A program made the translations under genes and the position numbers. Shown here piece after piece: positions 49,788 to 64,000 of a stretch of DNA of 64,000 nucleotides (the stretch's first letter is position 1; each line of letters opens with the position of its first letter). Below the pieces are notes generated by a model. The model worked only from the letters and a program-made list of their open reading frames with translations. It had not been told where the DNA came from and ran no database searches. Source of the DNA: Vicugna vicugna (taxonomy: Eukaryota); assembly GCA_013265495.1 (NCBI GenBank), contig MU058781.1:11451009-11515008 (forward strand), given 5' to 3'.

Positions 49788-50499
49788 GTATGAAAAAATA
49801 TATAATTTAAAAATTTTTTAATTATAATAAAGGTAAATATTATTTATTATACTGTTATGAATTCTGCCCACAGCCTCTTAACCTATTAGATATTTTACTT
49901 TTGTGTTCTCGATAATTTAAAATTGCTTATGGTTGTAAATATATAAAACACTAACTGGTAAGACCCAGATATGGATGAAATATTAAAGAAAAAGATAGTG
50001 ATTAATATGGCAGCTCTGATACCGGACTTACAAGACTTAGAAATAGTCTTTCAGAAGACATATGTCTAGGAATGAATTTGAAGAAAGGAATTAGAAGATA
50101 CCAAGAGAATGTGAAGTAAGGGAGCCAACAGGAACAATAAAGGTGGGGAAGATGAATGAGAAGCATGTGCTGTAGTAAATACTATTTTTTAATGGAATGC
50201 CAGTAGAAATCAAAAGAGGAAGCTAATGATGTTTTGTAAGCAGTATGATTAATTCTGTACTACTCATGGGTCATTGGATATTATTGCTGAGGAAAAAATA
50301 TGAGACCTAGACAAGTTAATCGACTTACTCAAGGTTATAGTGACATTTGGACACATTTTGAGTTGCCAGGAAGACAGTGGGGTTTTATTAGGCAAAACTG
50401 GAAAAGCTGACTGCATAGAAACAAAGAAGCTCTTCAATAATGTAAAATAAACAATAGGATTTGTGATACTCATTTCTAATTTGACTAAAATTAACAAAG

Positions 50500-51800
50500 G
50501 TTGATGGAAGAAACATTACAGTTAAATATGGAAACAAACAACTATACATCATATTGCTAACATAACCACATAAATGAAAAAAAAAATTAATCCATGTAAC
50601 TTGAACACAGAACTCGGACTATAGACCCTTGGGGGACATATTATGAGGATTAAAAGAACTACAAAGAAATCTTGAATTTAATTTTTGCTGGCAGTGGTAT
50701 TGATATAGCAAGTTTGAAAAAAGTTTGTGTGTGTTTTAGGATTGAACAGATGAGTGATACGCTGATATTGCTGGGTAGATGGTATGGTGACAGGAGGTAC
50801 ACTATAATGGGGAAGGAAAGGAGGAACCCTGTAGTGGAGGTGGAGTGTTGGTATAAACTGATGACTTTAAAAAAGAGCTTCTCTTAACTCTGCCAGTGAA
50901 AGAGCCCAGAAACATGTGACAAGAAGCACAGCCACGCCTGGTTTTTGGTTTGTAATCTCTATTCTCTCTTAAAGCTCCCTGGAGAAGTGGCTGCTTCCAG
51001 GACTCGGGCAGGGAAACTGTAGAGTGAGCTTGGAACCTCTCGTGTTAGAAAATAAGGAAGTACTCAGAAACTGATGGATGTGTTAAAAGGACAAGGAGTC
51101 TGCTTGAAGGGGTCTCCCTGGCTAAATTTAGGAAGATTTGAGCATCAAAATGAATAAGGACAAGAATGGAGTGTAACACACTGAAGTAGAACAGAAGACA
51201 TGAATCCATACTGCTAATTTTGTTCTGATTTGGGGTAGGGAAAGTTCTTTTACAGAATAACGCCAACTACTAAATGTAGAAGGAATTTCATAAATAGAAA
51301 ATCACTCCTTTTCATCCACCATAGAAGTAATAGATTTAAGCAAGAAACATCAGAGTTAAAATTGGGTGAAAGGTTGGTAGGGAACTGGATGTTAACACAG
51401 ACTCAAAAATTTTACTCTGTAAATCATTTATTTGTTACTAAAGGAAAAAAGTATCTTTCAAGGGAGAAATCATCTGCAAATTTAACATCTCCAGCATTGT
51501 GACAGATGAGTGTGTGCTCCCCAGATGGAACATTGAGAAGGATACAGCGTACTTACACAGGTTTCTGCCAGAATGTTTAGCTTGAATCTAACCATGAAAC
51601 TGGACAAATTAAATTTAAAGACAGTGTAAAACTAACTGGCCTTAACTTTTCACAAATGCCAGTGTTAAACAAATTTAAAAAATACAAACACAGAAAGCAA
51701 ATGTTGCACACACCTTTTAACAACCTCGGTGAAAGTAACATGTGTATCGTACTTGTGTTGAGATTCTTTTGAAGGACTGGAATCTTCACAATGTTGGGAA
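50500..51800 (+). mobile_element. Old L1M 3' fragments in a GMNN intron
   Basis: CCCTGGAGAAGTGGCTGCTTCCAGGAC and GAGCATCAAAATGAATAA motifs. Confidence 0.6.
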
Positions 51801-51967
51801 AAATGTTTTTAATTGATTTGGTTTCCTAACTTTAATCTTTTAAAAATGGGTATTGTGGAGTACTGGGTAAGATAGTAAATTTTTTTAAATACAAGAAATT
51901 ATTGGGTTTTATAGCAGTATATAATAGTAATTTTCAAAGTTACATGTAAAATTTTAATTTATTTTAG

Positions 51968-52050
51968 AAAATCCACCTTCTCATTATTGGAAAGAAGTGG
52001 CAGAAAAACGGAGGAAGGCTCTCTATGAAGCACTTAAGGAAAATGAGAAA
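51968..52050 (+). CDS. GMNN: Geminin coding exon 4 ([28 protein letters not shown]), start of the coiled coil
   Basis: TTTTAG| acceptor, AAA|GTATGT donor, phase 1-0; signature [13 protein letters not shown] motif. Confidence 0.97.
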
Positions 52051-52355
52051 GTATGTACTGAATATAATTTGTGGCATTTTAAACATTCTGGGATTACTTT
52101 CCTTCTGCTGCTTGAGCATATTTTTATTAGAGCAATATAAACTAGCTTTAATGCCGGCCTAATGAAAGTTTAATTAGGAAACTGTTACTGGAATTAAGTA
52201 CAAAAAGAAACCGGTTGTGTTGAGAGCCAAAGATAGCACCTTTGTTAGGAACTTTGTGCTAATGTATCTATCAGTTATACACTTGGAGGCACATAATTTG
52301 GTTTATAGCTTGGCAAATCTGTGGAATACTGAACTTCTTAATTTATGTCACATAG

Positions 52356-52487
<132 letters not shown>

Positions 52488-53784
52488 TGACTCAGAATCA
52501 TCCCTTTTTCTAGAAAGTGTGATCAGTAAGTGTTTGGGTTCTAGAATCGGATTTCTGGGCTGGAGTCTTAGCTCCCTGCCTGGCACCGTTAAGTTTGAGT
52601 CAAGCAGATTATTTATCCTGCCGGGGCTTCATTTTCCTCATCTATAAAGGGGGAGTAATAGTGCCTAGTTCGTAGGCTTCTTATGAGAGTAATGAATTAC
52701 GATAGAAAAATGAGGGAACTGCCCACAGTGAGAGCCCAGTAACTAGTGGATGCTATTATTTACTATTATGAAACATCGCTTTTCTTGTAGGGAGATGTAT
52801 ATGGAAATATATATGGAAAGATATATATAAGGAAAAATATATGGAAAATCATATTTCACAGCTGACAAATTTTCAGACCGTTTTAAATTTAACTTTAATG
52901 CCAGTCAGTACTGTCATTTATAAAATTGGTAATTGGTGTGCTGAATAACTTACCTGACTTTTTAATTTTTTTACTTTACTTTTTTTTTTTTTAAATGCAA
53001 GGAGATTTGTTTGCACAAGACATGAGCAAACAAATATGTGTATCTAACACTAATTAGTATTGGGCCATTAGGAACAGGTGCTATCTGACTTTTAAAATTT
53101 CTAATTTGGAGGTAGTTAATGTGTTTATAAGAAGAATTAGCCTGATGAGAATTACTTTACCAGTCTTGGCTTAAAAAATACATCTTAAACTTGTTCATGT
53201 TTGTAAAAAATCATCTTGTTGATGGGAAGAAAGTTTTTTGTTTCTTTGCAAACATGAACAAGTTTAAGATGTATTTTTTAATTTGGGTTTTTTTTTCCCT
53301 GGTTTGTTTATTTATTTACTTAGGGTCAGGGGATGTTTTTCAAATCAAAACTTTTCTTGCACTGAATTTCTGCCTTAGATTTTAGAGCTGTGACAGAACT
53401 CATATTTGAAGTTTTCATTTGGAAGCACTGTATGAGCTCCTTCAGCTGCCATGAAAGTACTGGTCCCCAGCAGATGGGAAATTAGGAAACGTGGTCCTTC
53501 ACCACACATAGTTTGAGAAGTGCTGATTCAGACTGTTCTGAAAGCATGTGAGTGCTTTAAAAAAAAGAAGCAAGCAAATTATTAAACACTGTGTCTTTGC
53601 AAAAATATGCTCTAACATGGTAAAGACTTTGATATAACACTTGACTACTTATAGGTGAACTTAATTGAGAGATATTATGAAATAAAACCTCACTACAGCA
53701 CTGAGGGTCAGTTACATCAGCATACTGATAATAGGCTTGGATTTTAATGTTTTTACAATAAATTATTGGTTTATTCTTTAAAAG

Positions 53785-53946
53785 AGACTGAGTAATGAAC
53801 CTCTGGATAACTCTGAATCACCGGATAGTCAGGAATTTGAATCTGAAGAGGAAACTGGTGAGGATTTGGAAGTAGAAGACTCAAAAGTTGGTGCTTGTGC
53901 TGAAGAAGTTGTCTCTTCCTCTACAGATGCAGAACCCTGTACATGA
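53785..53946 (+). CDS. GMNN: Geminin last coding exon (RLSNEPLDN...DAEPCT*); total protein 210 aa
   Basis: AAAG| acceptor, acidic tail, TGA at 53944-53946. Confidence 0.95.
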   Translation, partial: RLSNEPLDNSESPDSQEFESEEETGEDLEVEDSKVGACAEEVVSSSTDAEPCT

Positions 53947-54176
53947 AATTCAGTAATATTTGACTTTTGAGAAACATACTGCCAAAGTTTACCTCCACTA
54001 TAGTCCTTTGTAGCAGAGCAAATAACTATATAGTGCAAACTTGGAATCGAACTTCCTTGTTTGTATCATGGGACACTATTATTGTATTAAAATACAAATA
54101 CTGTGTATTTTTAATCTATGATGTTTTGTGTAAATAGCATTTTCTCAGTTGTCAGACATGACTTGTGTATATGATA

Positions 54177-54182
54177 AATAAA
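54177..54182 (+). terminator. GMNN: GMNN polyadenylation signal AATAAA (alternative ATTAAA at 54086-54091)
   Basis: AATAAA about 230 nt after the stop codon, followed by a GT-rich stretch. Confidence 0.7.
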
Positions 54183-55414
54183 CTTCATTCTATTGAGCAT
54201 TGTGTCTGTCTTGGGAGAATGAAGTACAGGACTGTATGTAGAAAATTCGTCTATTTCTGTGCTTTTGTTTCCTTTCTATTCTCCTGCTAACGATCTTGGA
54301 AGAAACAAGGGGAAAATGAATTCCTCCCTCTATAGACTGAGATAGCTGAGGTTTTAACTCATAAACCTGGTTGTACCTCAAGCTCCCTGGATGGAATACT
54401 GATTTCCAGACCCCATGCCCAGATATTCTAAGTAGGAGTGTGAGAACCTAGTTTCTAAAGCTCCCCAAGTGAGTCTGTTTAGCCACGTAAAGGCTCAGCT
54501 GGCTGGTATGATCGTGCTCTTCTTGGAAGCTTAAAATGTTGGGTGGTGGTAGTCCTCCAGAGAAACAAAGGGGGAGTGGGTGAAGAGACGCAGGAATAGC
54601 TCAGGGTTCTGAAATGTTCCATTCACACGTGTTACATACATGTATAGTACGAAGTATATACACTGAAGCAATATCAAGTAAGAGTGGGGTGAAATTAATG
54701 AGGATTTCCCATATGTACTATTTTGAAGGAAGAAAAGGACAAAATAAAGGGAAATTGTTTGCGAAGTGTTCAGCTTTGGGGTTAAGAACTCTGACAATCA
54801 TTCAAACAGCTTTGTATAAATTGGTGATAAAGAGCAGCATCAAGCATTAAAGGGTGATTTAGCAAGTTATTTTTATAGAACTTTAATTTTCTTATCTCAA
54901 ATATTGAGATAAAGTCCCTCTTTTTTTGTGAGGATTAAAACCTTTAATTTACATTTAAAGAGCTATGTGAGGCCAGTGGCTACTCAGTGCAGCTCTATGT
55001 TTTAGATTTGAGTCACTGGCCCAAAGATAGAATTAGAACAGATAAATTTTGTTACGTGTTTGTTTTTTACCATAATAAAAAATAATTTTAAAGAAGAATT
55101 AGGAATATTCTTTTCTATTCGATTAGGGGGAGGGGGAATCATCTGAGAGGCTGTTAGAAGGAGTAAGATAGAGGAAAGCTAGTAGAAAGTATTCCTGGAT
55201 AAAGCAAAAAATGGATTGCCAGGATTTGGTGGCAGGGAGCACAAACACAAGAGGGAACTGAAAAGGTTTTTAAGATTTAATGTTAGATCTAAAACTATTA
55301 ACCCTCTAAAAGAAAATGTAGGAGAAAATTTTAGTGACCTTGGATTTGGTAAAGACTTCTCAAAAGATACAAATCACGAAGTATATTGTAAATCTGACTG
55401 TAAAAATCAAATAC

Positions 55415-57730
55415 TTTATCCATTCATCTCTCGGCAGACATTAAGTTTGCTTTCATGTCTTGGTTATAGTAAATAGTGCTGCTATGAACATTGGAGTGCA
55501 TGTTATCTTCTGTGTGTGTGTGTTGCATAGACCATGTTTAATGACCATAATGCAATTAAGTTAGATGACAATAACAAATGAATTAACTAGAAAAATCCAC
55601 TTGAAAATAAAAAAATCACACGTCTAAATAACTCATGTCAAAAAGGAGAAAACGATGAAAATTAGAAAATACCTAGAACTAAATAATACTGAAAATACTA
55701 CATATCAAAACTTGGGAGATGCAGCTAGAATGACACTTAAACAAAATCTGTGTAATAAAACATATTCATAAAGACTGAAAAGTTAATGAACTAAGCTTAT
55801 TCCAACTTAATTAGAAGCAAAATGATAGAATAAATGCCAAGGTAGTAAAAGGAAATATTGAGCAAAGTAACTAAAATTAGAAATATGTCTAATAGAGACA
55901 ATCAGCAAAGTCAAAAGTAAATGCTTCAAAAAGACTAAAATAATTATCAAATATCTGCGAAGGTTCTTAGGGAAATTATAACTATGAGGTGTATAAGATG
56001 GCACACAATGCATATGTAACAGAATAAAAAGATAGTAAGAAATTGTCATGAACACCTTTATAGTAAATAGAAAACATAGATAAAGAAATACCTGGGGAAA
56101 GTGCCAAAAGTTATTAAAAACAAGAGAGATAATATGAAAAGTTCTATAACAAAGAAACCATCAGTTGTTTAGAATTGTCCCATATAGAAATACAGGGCCC
56201 AGAGAGTTGTACCCATGAGTTCTACCAAACGTGATTCCAATATCATATAAATTCTTTCAGAAACTATGAAGAGGGAACATTTCCCAACTCATTTTATAAG
56301 GCTGGTATACCTTGATACCTAAATCTAACATCTCAGGAGATGAAGAAAAGCATCCAGTAAAATTCAACATCTACTGAATTTTTTAAAAATACACTATTAC
56401 AAGCTAAGCATAAGAGAAAATTTCCTTAAACTGATAAAGGGTATCTACAATAGCGTCATAGCAACCAACATACTGAATAGTTTAAATTTTTTTAATTCTC
56501 TTCAAAATTAAGAACAAGTCAAAAATGCTGTGACTGCTTATATTCAGCATTATATTCTATTTGAGCAATACAAGAAAAAAAAAGTCATATAGATTGGAAA
56601 GGAGTAAACAAAACTATCATTATTCATAAGTGTTAAGATTATGTATGAAGAATAGCCAAAGGAATCTGCAGATTATTCAAATTAGGATAATTTAATAAAG
56701 TCAGCTACAAAATCAATATGTATGCTGACAATTTCATTTCTATACACCAGATTAAACTTCAAAAAGTAAAATTAACAAAAATTTGCAAGAAATGAGAGAA
56801 AATTATACAACTGTTAAACTATATTAAATATTTAAAGTAATGAATCTAAATAAGATCTAAATAAATGGAGAAATACATCTTATTCATGAATATGAAGAAT
56901 CAAAACTATAAGAATATCAATATAATACTATTGCTACTTCAATTCCAATAGGGTTTTTCACAGAACTTAAGAAGTTGACTCTAAAATTCATGTGGAAAAC
57001 CAAAGGACACTTCTGAAAAGAAAAATTAGTGTGGGGGACTTACTGTACCAGATTTTTAAAATTATTGTGAAATTATCAAATTATGGCAGTGTCCTTTTAT
57101 TGTAGGGACAAATAAATTGAACAGTCCAATAGAACAAGTTAGAGAGTTCAAAGACAGACCCACAAATATTTGGAAACTTGATAGATGAGAACTGGCATTG
57201 CAGATAAGTAGGAAAAAGGAAAGTTCATTCCTTAAATCTTTCTGGGAGAATTAGTAGTCTTAACAGAAAAATTGTACATTGTAATCTTGTCTTAAATAAC
57301 AGGGAGTGCATGTATCTTTTCAAATTAGAGTTTCTTTTCTCCATCGTGAGAACACCAACTTACATTCCCACCAACAGTGTAGGAGGGTTCCCTTTTCTCC
57401 ATAACTTCTCCAGTATTTAGTATTTGTAGACTTTGTGATGATGGCCATTCTGATCTGTGTGGGGTGGTACCTCATTGTGGTTTTGATTTGCATTTCCTAA
57501 TGATTAGTGATGTTGAGCATCTTTTTATGTGCCTGCTGGCCATCAGTATGTCTTCTTTGGAGAAATGTCGATTTAGGTCTAATGCTCATTTAAAAATTTT
57601 TTTAAAATATTGAGCTGTATAAGCTGTTTGTATATTTTGGAAATTAATCTCTTCTTGGTCACATCGTTTGCAAATATTTTCTCCCATTCCATAGGGTGTC
57701 TTTTTGTTTTATGATTTCCTTTGCTGTGCT
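55415..57730 (-). mobile_element. Younger L1 fragment (55415-55509 plus 57303-57730) split by a 1.8-kb insert of older, opposite-strand L1M sequence
   Basis: The L1 sequence resumes across the insert. Direct repeat GGAGTGCATGT(T)ATCTT at 55493-55509 and 57303-57318. Confidence 0.75.
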
Positions 57731-57861
57731 GAACTTAATTTTTATGAGGTTCTTTTAAGCAGTGGCACTTCTCATAAGTTTAGTTATTGCAGTAATTCTG
57801 AAAATTTATATAGAATTGTTTGACTACCTAAGAGAAAATGCTGAAGAATAATGTACCGACT

Positions 57862-57874
57862 TTTATTATTTATT
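57862..57874 (-). terminator. ARMH2: ARMH2 tandem AATAAA polyadenylation signals
   Basis: TTTATT at 57862-57867 and 57869-57874 on the + strand, about 65 nt past the stop codon. Confidence 0.7.
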
Positions 57875-57936
57875 TCAGTTTTCTAGGGTAATACAGTGGT
57901 GGAGATGGCTGCATCATGTTACTGGATTTAGAGAAA

Positions 57937-58398
<462 letters not shown>

Positions 58399-60081
58399 TT
58401 ATGTATCTAGTAACTGGTGACATCTGAGGGCTCATATGTTCATATTCTTGTCACTACATATGGGACACTGGCTACTTTGAATTTATCTCTTTTTCTCCTC
58501 CCTGTCCCGTGTGCTCCTGTGAAGGTGGAGAGTGCGTGCTGATCAGCAGGGAGTAATATGAGGAGCCCTGGAAGGTCCCTGTCTGCCAAAAGCTCCTCCC
58601 TGGTTTCTTTAATCAGGCAAGTAGGGGTCAGTATTTCAAGGTGAATAAAACCTGACTGGGTTCACTTAGCAAATCTTCCTCATGGTCTCATTCCTGAGTC
58701 TCTGTCTTCAATACTTGAAAAAAGAGCAGAGCATTAGAGCAAACAAAGAGTAAACCAAAAGGCTGAGCTGCAAAGTCAGAATCTAACAGTAAGAGATAGG
58801 TTTTTCCTGAGTTACCCATCGCTGTCCTCTCTCCTTACGCATTTCTCAGCCCTCTTTTGCAGACTTGGGACCAACCTGGTGCTTGACTCTACTTCTATCA
58901 CATACCTGAACCTCAGATCTTCTTAGTTCAAATCTCCAATTCCAAGAAGGTACTAGAGAAGGCGGCATTGGTGGAGACAGCTTAGATGGTGAGGAGTAGC
59001 TGGCATAGTTGGCTGAATTCTAGCCACTGGAGTTTTGTCCCAGCTTGGATTCCTCTTACTTGCACTACCAAAGTCCCATGGTCCCAAGAATATTCTATTC
59101 AATGTAAAGTTTTAGCCAAAACTTGGGCATAAGCCTGTTCCATTGTTTTGACTAGCACAGCCAGGGCTAAATAACATCAAGTTAAGTGATGCAGATCCCT
59201 TTATCAGAGCTAACTGTACCTCACATGGTGATTACCACTGTGCAGGGGACTGAGCCTGCATCACGGCGGATGCCACTGACCCCTCCTTCACATGGGGGTC
59301 CTGAGTATCTGTCATCTCTCTAATCCTATGCTGCTGGTTCTCAATCATTCTGACACCCAGGCCCCCCTGGTCCTTGAAAAGAGTCACTGTTTTCTCTCAT
59401 GGACACGATTCTGTGAAAGATTTAGTCTGTCATACTATATCTAACTAACTCATTTTCCCATTTAAAAAATAATCAACCGACCTATGACACTAACAGCTAC
59501 CAACCAGAGCTTCTGATTAGGAGATGTGTTGTTGAGGACTATCTATAAATTTTTTTTTTACATATCTCGAAATTTATTAGAAAAAAATGAAGCAAGTTTG
59601 GACGTGGCAATCATTTAGAGCGATGTGTGTTTAAATGGTTTACCATTTAACTTTGTAGCCAAGTATACATTAATAGTTGCTTTTCACTCATGCACCTACT
59701 GGCTTTCCTGGTGGGTGTTTTAAGAGCCTTATGTTCTTATTGATTTTTCTAAACTATTGTCTGGGTAATGCATTTTTATAAGATAAAAAATAAAATATCA
59801 AGTAGTTTTTACCCTGTAAAAGGGTTGAAATTACACCAATTCAGTGTAGGTTCTTTGATTTTTTTTTTGATATTGAAAACTTTGATAGGCAATTTCAGTA
59901 TATGTATATATATATATATGTATTTTTAATTAATACAAGCAGAAAAATAATTAGTAATTTATTTGATGGACACATTCTTTTAAAGTGTGAGATTGTTGAG
60001 GAGATAGTAATTATCTTTGGTGGTATAAAGACCAAAAACTAATAATTTAGGCAAAGGAAATATTATTGGGATGTTAGACTA

Positions 60082-60459
<378 letters not shown>

Positions 60460-60896
60460 TTACACCACGGGCAGTGACAGAAGTGAACAGTCAGGAACTC
60501 TGGAATGCAGCACTTAGCAACACTGCGGAATGGAGTACACGAACCGGGGGAAGCAATGTACACCTAGATTCTTCCTTCAGCCTGGCATTGAAGGCCTTCT
60601 ACAATTTGAGCTCAACCAAGCTTACTTTGACTTCTCTGGTGCACACACACACAAATCTCAGCTTAAACTAGTCAAGTTTCTCCTAACACACACCAAGCTC
60701 ATTCTGTCTTTGCACGTTTGGTAAGGCAATGACTTCTAGGAACTGGCCTATTCTGTGCTGACTGTTACAGCATGTACTCAACTTCTTTCCATTGATCTTT
60801 CATGCCTGTTTGGCTTGTTTGTTACATAGAGTTTTTCTCTACATCATGGATTTCCTACATTGATCCTATTTTGGAAGCAATCAAAAAAGATCTTCC

Positions 60897-61007
60897 GGGG
60901 GGAGAGTATAGGTCAGTGGTAGAGCACGTGCTTAGCATGCACAAGGTGTTAGGTTCAATCCCCAATCCCTCCATTAAAAAACAAAACAAAACTGAAAAAA
61001 AAAAAAA
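60897..61007 (+). mobile_element. tRNA-derived SINE (camelid type)
   Basis: GGGGGGAGAGTATAGGTCAGTGGTAGAG...GGTTCAATCCCC with an A-rich tail. Confidence 0.88.
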
Positions 61008-61009
61008 CT

Positions 61010-62010
61010 TTCCATAGCTCTCACCATCACATCCACCCACTGATCTGCGTCTGTGCCTGTATACTCTGACTTCCCTCCTATTACATGGATGTCTTCTCCA
61101 CTTAACACAGATTTCAATCAATCCCTCTCACTCCATTCAAGGAGACTGGTCACAATTCTTCTCTTGCCTCATTAATGTTTCCATCTCAGCGGGGTCCTTT
61201 GCATTATCAACAAGCACGCTGTCCTTTTTCTCATCAAAAAAAAGAAAACAACGTTCTTGACCTCATCTAGCCCCTCCCCCTAGTCATTACACATTCATTT
61301 TTCTGCTCCCCTTTATATAAAAACTCTTCAAAGTGCTGCCATACTAGCCATTTCAAATATTCTTTCATTCTCCCTTGGATGTACTCCAAATTGGATTTCA
61401 ACCCCACAACTCGACTGAAATTGTTTATCAGGGATACTGATGAGTTCCATTCTGCTGAATCCAGTTCTCAGTCCTCAGCATTTGTGACTCATTTTTCCTT
61501 GAAACACTTTTTTTTTTACCTGGCTTCTAAGATGTCATACTCATTTAATTTTTCCCTACTGTCCACTGTTCTTTTTCCTTTGCTCCTTCCCCCTCTCCTT
61601 TCTGACCTCTAAATACTAGTGTCCCAAGTCTCAGTCCTTGTACTTCTTGTTTTCTTTCTGTACTTCCTGGATGAAATAAAGGCTTTAAGTAAAATCCATC
61701 TGCTGAAGACTCCCAATTTTGTAATTTTACCTGGTTTCTCACCTGAACTCCAAACAGTTACTTTCAATCACCAACTTGATATCTACATTTGGATGGCTAG
61801 AGGCTCCCTCAACTTAACATGTCCAAAGCAGAATTCCTAGTCTTTCTCTCAGAACCTGCTGCTTCTCAGTTTCCCAGTCTTGGAAGATGGCATTCCATCC
61901 TTCCAGCTGTTCAGACTGAAATTTTTGGATTCACTCTTGGCTGCTGTCTGTTTCACATTTCATTTCTAACTGATCAAAAAATCCTATTGGCTCTACTTTC
62001 GAAGTAGAAA
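61010..62010 (+). mobile_element. L2 fragment
   Basis: ATCTACATTTGGATGGCTAGAGGCTCCCTCAACTTAACATGTCCAAAGCAGAA motif. Confidence 0.75.
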
Positions 62011-62139
62011 TTTGGACACCTGCCAAAATTGGGACATCCTCAAAATGTACTTCCTGTTCTCTTCAAATATAGTAAGTGTGGAAGTTTAAAAATGGGGGAG
62101 GGCATTACTGTTCTAGATTAAAAGAGCCTAAAGAGGAGC

Positions 62140-62790
62140 GTTACCATATGATCCAGTAATCCCATTCCTAGCCATATATCCAGAGAAAACACTAATTCAA
62201 AAAGATGCATGCACCCCAATGTTCATAGCTGCACTATCTACAATAGCCAAGACATGGAAGCAACCTAAATGTCCATTGACAGATGACTGGATAAAGAAGG
62301 TGTGGGGCGGGGGTGTGTGTGTGTGTGTGTGTACCACTCAGCCATAAAAAAGAATGAAATAATGCCATTTGCAACAACATGGATGGACCTAGACATTACC
62401 ATAAAGTGAAGTAAGTCAGACAGAGAAAGACAAATATCATATGATAGAATTTATATATGGAATCTAAAATATGATATGAAGGAACTTATTTACAAAATAG
62501 AAACAGCTTCACAGACATAGAAAACAAACTTATGGCTACCAAAGGGGAAAGGGCAAGGGAGGGATAAATTGGGAGTTTGGGATTTGCAGACTAACTACTA
62601 TATATAAAATAGATGAACAGCAAGGTCCTATTGTATACACAGGGAACTATATTCAATATCTTTTAATAAACCATAATGGAAAAGAATATGAAAAAGAATA
62701 TACATATACATATATGTATAAAACTGAATCACTTTCCTGTACACTAGAAACTAACACAACATTGTAAATCCACTGTATTATAATTTTAGA
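62140..62790 (+). mobile_element. L1 3' end with an internal (GT)n
   Basis: TTACCATATGATCCAG...GACATGGAAGCAACCTAAATGTCC...CTAACACAACATTGTAAATC. Confidence 0.9.
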
Positions 62791-62907
62791 GAAAAGAACC
62801 TGATGAGGCATGAGAACTAAATTAAACATGTAACCCATGGTTGGATCCTGTTTCCATATGCGTGTATATGCTATAAAGGCTATTAATGGGACAACGAGGG
62901 AAACATA

Positions 62908-63190
62908 GACCTGTATTGTCCAATATGGTACCCACTAGCCACATGTGGCTATGAGGCACCTGAAATGTGACTAGTCTGAATTGTGATGTGCTGTAAGTAT
63001 AAAATACTGTATTTCAAAGATTTAGTATGAAAACAAGAATGCAAAATATCTTGCTAATAATTTTTATATTGATTACAAGTTGAAATAATTTGGATATATT
63101 AGGTTAAGTAAAACATTTTATTAAAATTAACTTCCCCTGTTCTTTTTACTTTTTTTGACGTGGCTACTAGAAAATCCAAAACATCAAACA
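62908..63190. mobile_element. MER33-like hAT element
   Basis: TGTCCAATATGGTACCCACTAGCCACATGTGGCTA...GTGGCTACTAGAAAA. Confidence 0.8.
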
Positions 63191-64000
63191 TGGTCCCTTT
63201 TTAAGGCCTTTGTGGTTATTGCCTCTGCCTGGGATGCTCTTCCCAGAGATACACACATACCCAGATGACTCACCCCATCGGTTCCCCAGATCATCCTCAA
63301 ATATAAGTTTCTATTAGGCATTCCCTGACCACCCTCCTTGAATCTTGTAGTTTTTGCCTATCACGTCCCCCACCCCCAACATGGGCAATTATTATTCCTT
63401 TTCTGTCATACTATCTCCTCTTTCGAGGATATGAACCCTGTCAGGGCAGGGATTTTTATGTCCCTTTTTTTTTCACTGCTGTAACTCCATTGCCAAGAAG
63501 AGTCCCCAGCATATTCATACATTAAAAAAGTAAGTATGCAATAGATACTTGTTGAGACGTTAAGAGAACTAGTTTTTAACAAATATTGTTCCCTACAAAA
63601 GGTGTACTTAGAATTTTCTCAAAAATAAAAAAATATTTGTTTTATAAGAGATACTGCCCCCAGGAAAATCTCAGGGACTCTTTTTACCCTCAAGGGGCTG
63701 CTAGTGGATACCGTAACTCTGAAACGCTGCTCTAGGACACGCGGTTTGCAGAGATGCCGCTGATTCGGATCACAAGGCATCATCACAAAGTACGTAGAAG
63801 AGAGAACATAGAAGCTTATTTTCTAAACAGTGCAGGCTCTACGTTATGGGCACCAGCCGTTACTGCAGCAAGGACAACTACCCATGATGGAGTCAGTCCC
63901 TGGGCATCAGTGAGGCGTGCACGTAGTGCCTATCAAGATTTCTTCAATTAGAGTACCTCCTAACTATATTGTTTATGCAAGCTGGCATTGGGAAGACATA

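Noticed and set aside
53829..54038. Antisense Ser-rich ORF over the last GMNN exon
   Set aside because: Shadow frame of the acidic geminin tail.
63560..64000. Possible 3' end of RIPOR2, expected next by synteny
   Set aside because: No - strand poly(A) signal or coding match is recognisable within the window.

Overview
Mammalian genomic DNA, most likely a camelid (inferred from the tRNA-derived SINE type and the L1 3' ends), syntenic to the human 6p22 block. It holds C6orf62 (- strand; coding exons 1-4 present, last exon beyond the left edge), its CpG-island promoter, a repeat-rich intergenic region of about 30 kb, the complete geminin gene GMNN (+ strand; 6 coding exons, 210 aa) and the complete two-exon ARMH2 (- strand, 230 aa). 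Exon boundaries were read by hand from GT/AG sites and reading-frame continuity. The most notable unexplained signal is a repeat-free 1.5 kb block (13182-14624, - strand). Its splice sites can be chained into an uninterrupted 6-exon, 223-codon ORF that I do not recognise; it may be an unannotated gene or a gene relic. Other points of interest: the uORF-dense C6orf62 leader, two apparent poly(A)-tailed retrocopies, a cluster of solo ERV LTRs, a G4-type tandem repeat upstream of GMNN and a strong CTCF motif. Repeat family names and most repeat boundaries come from visual recognition and are approximate.
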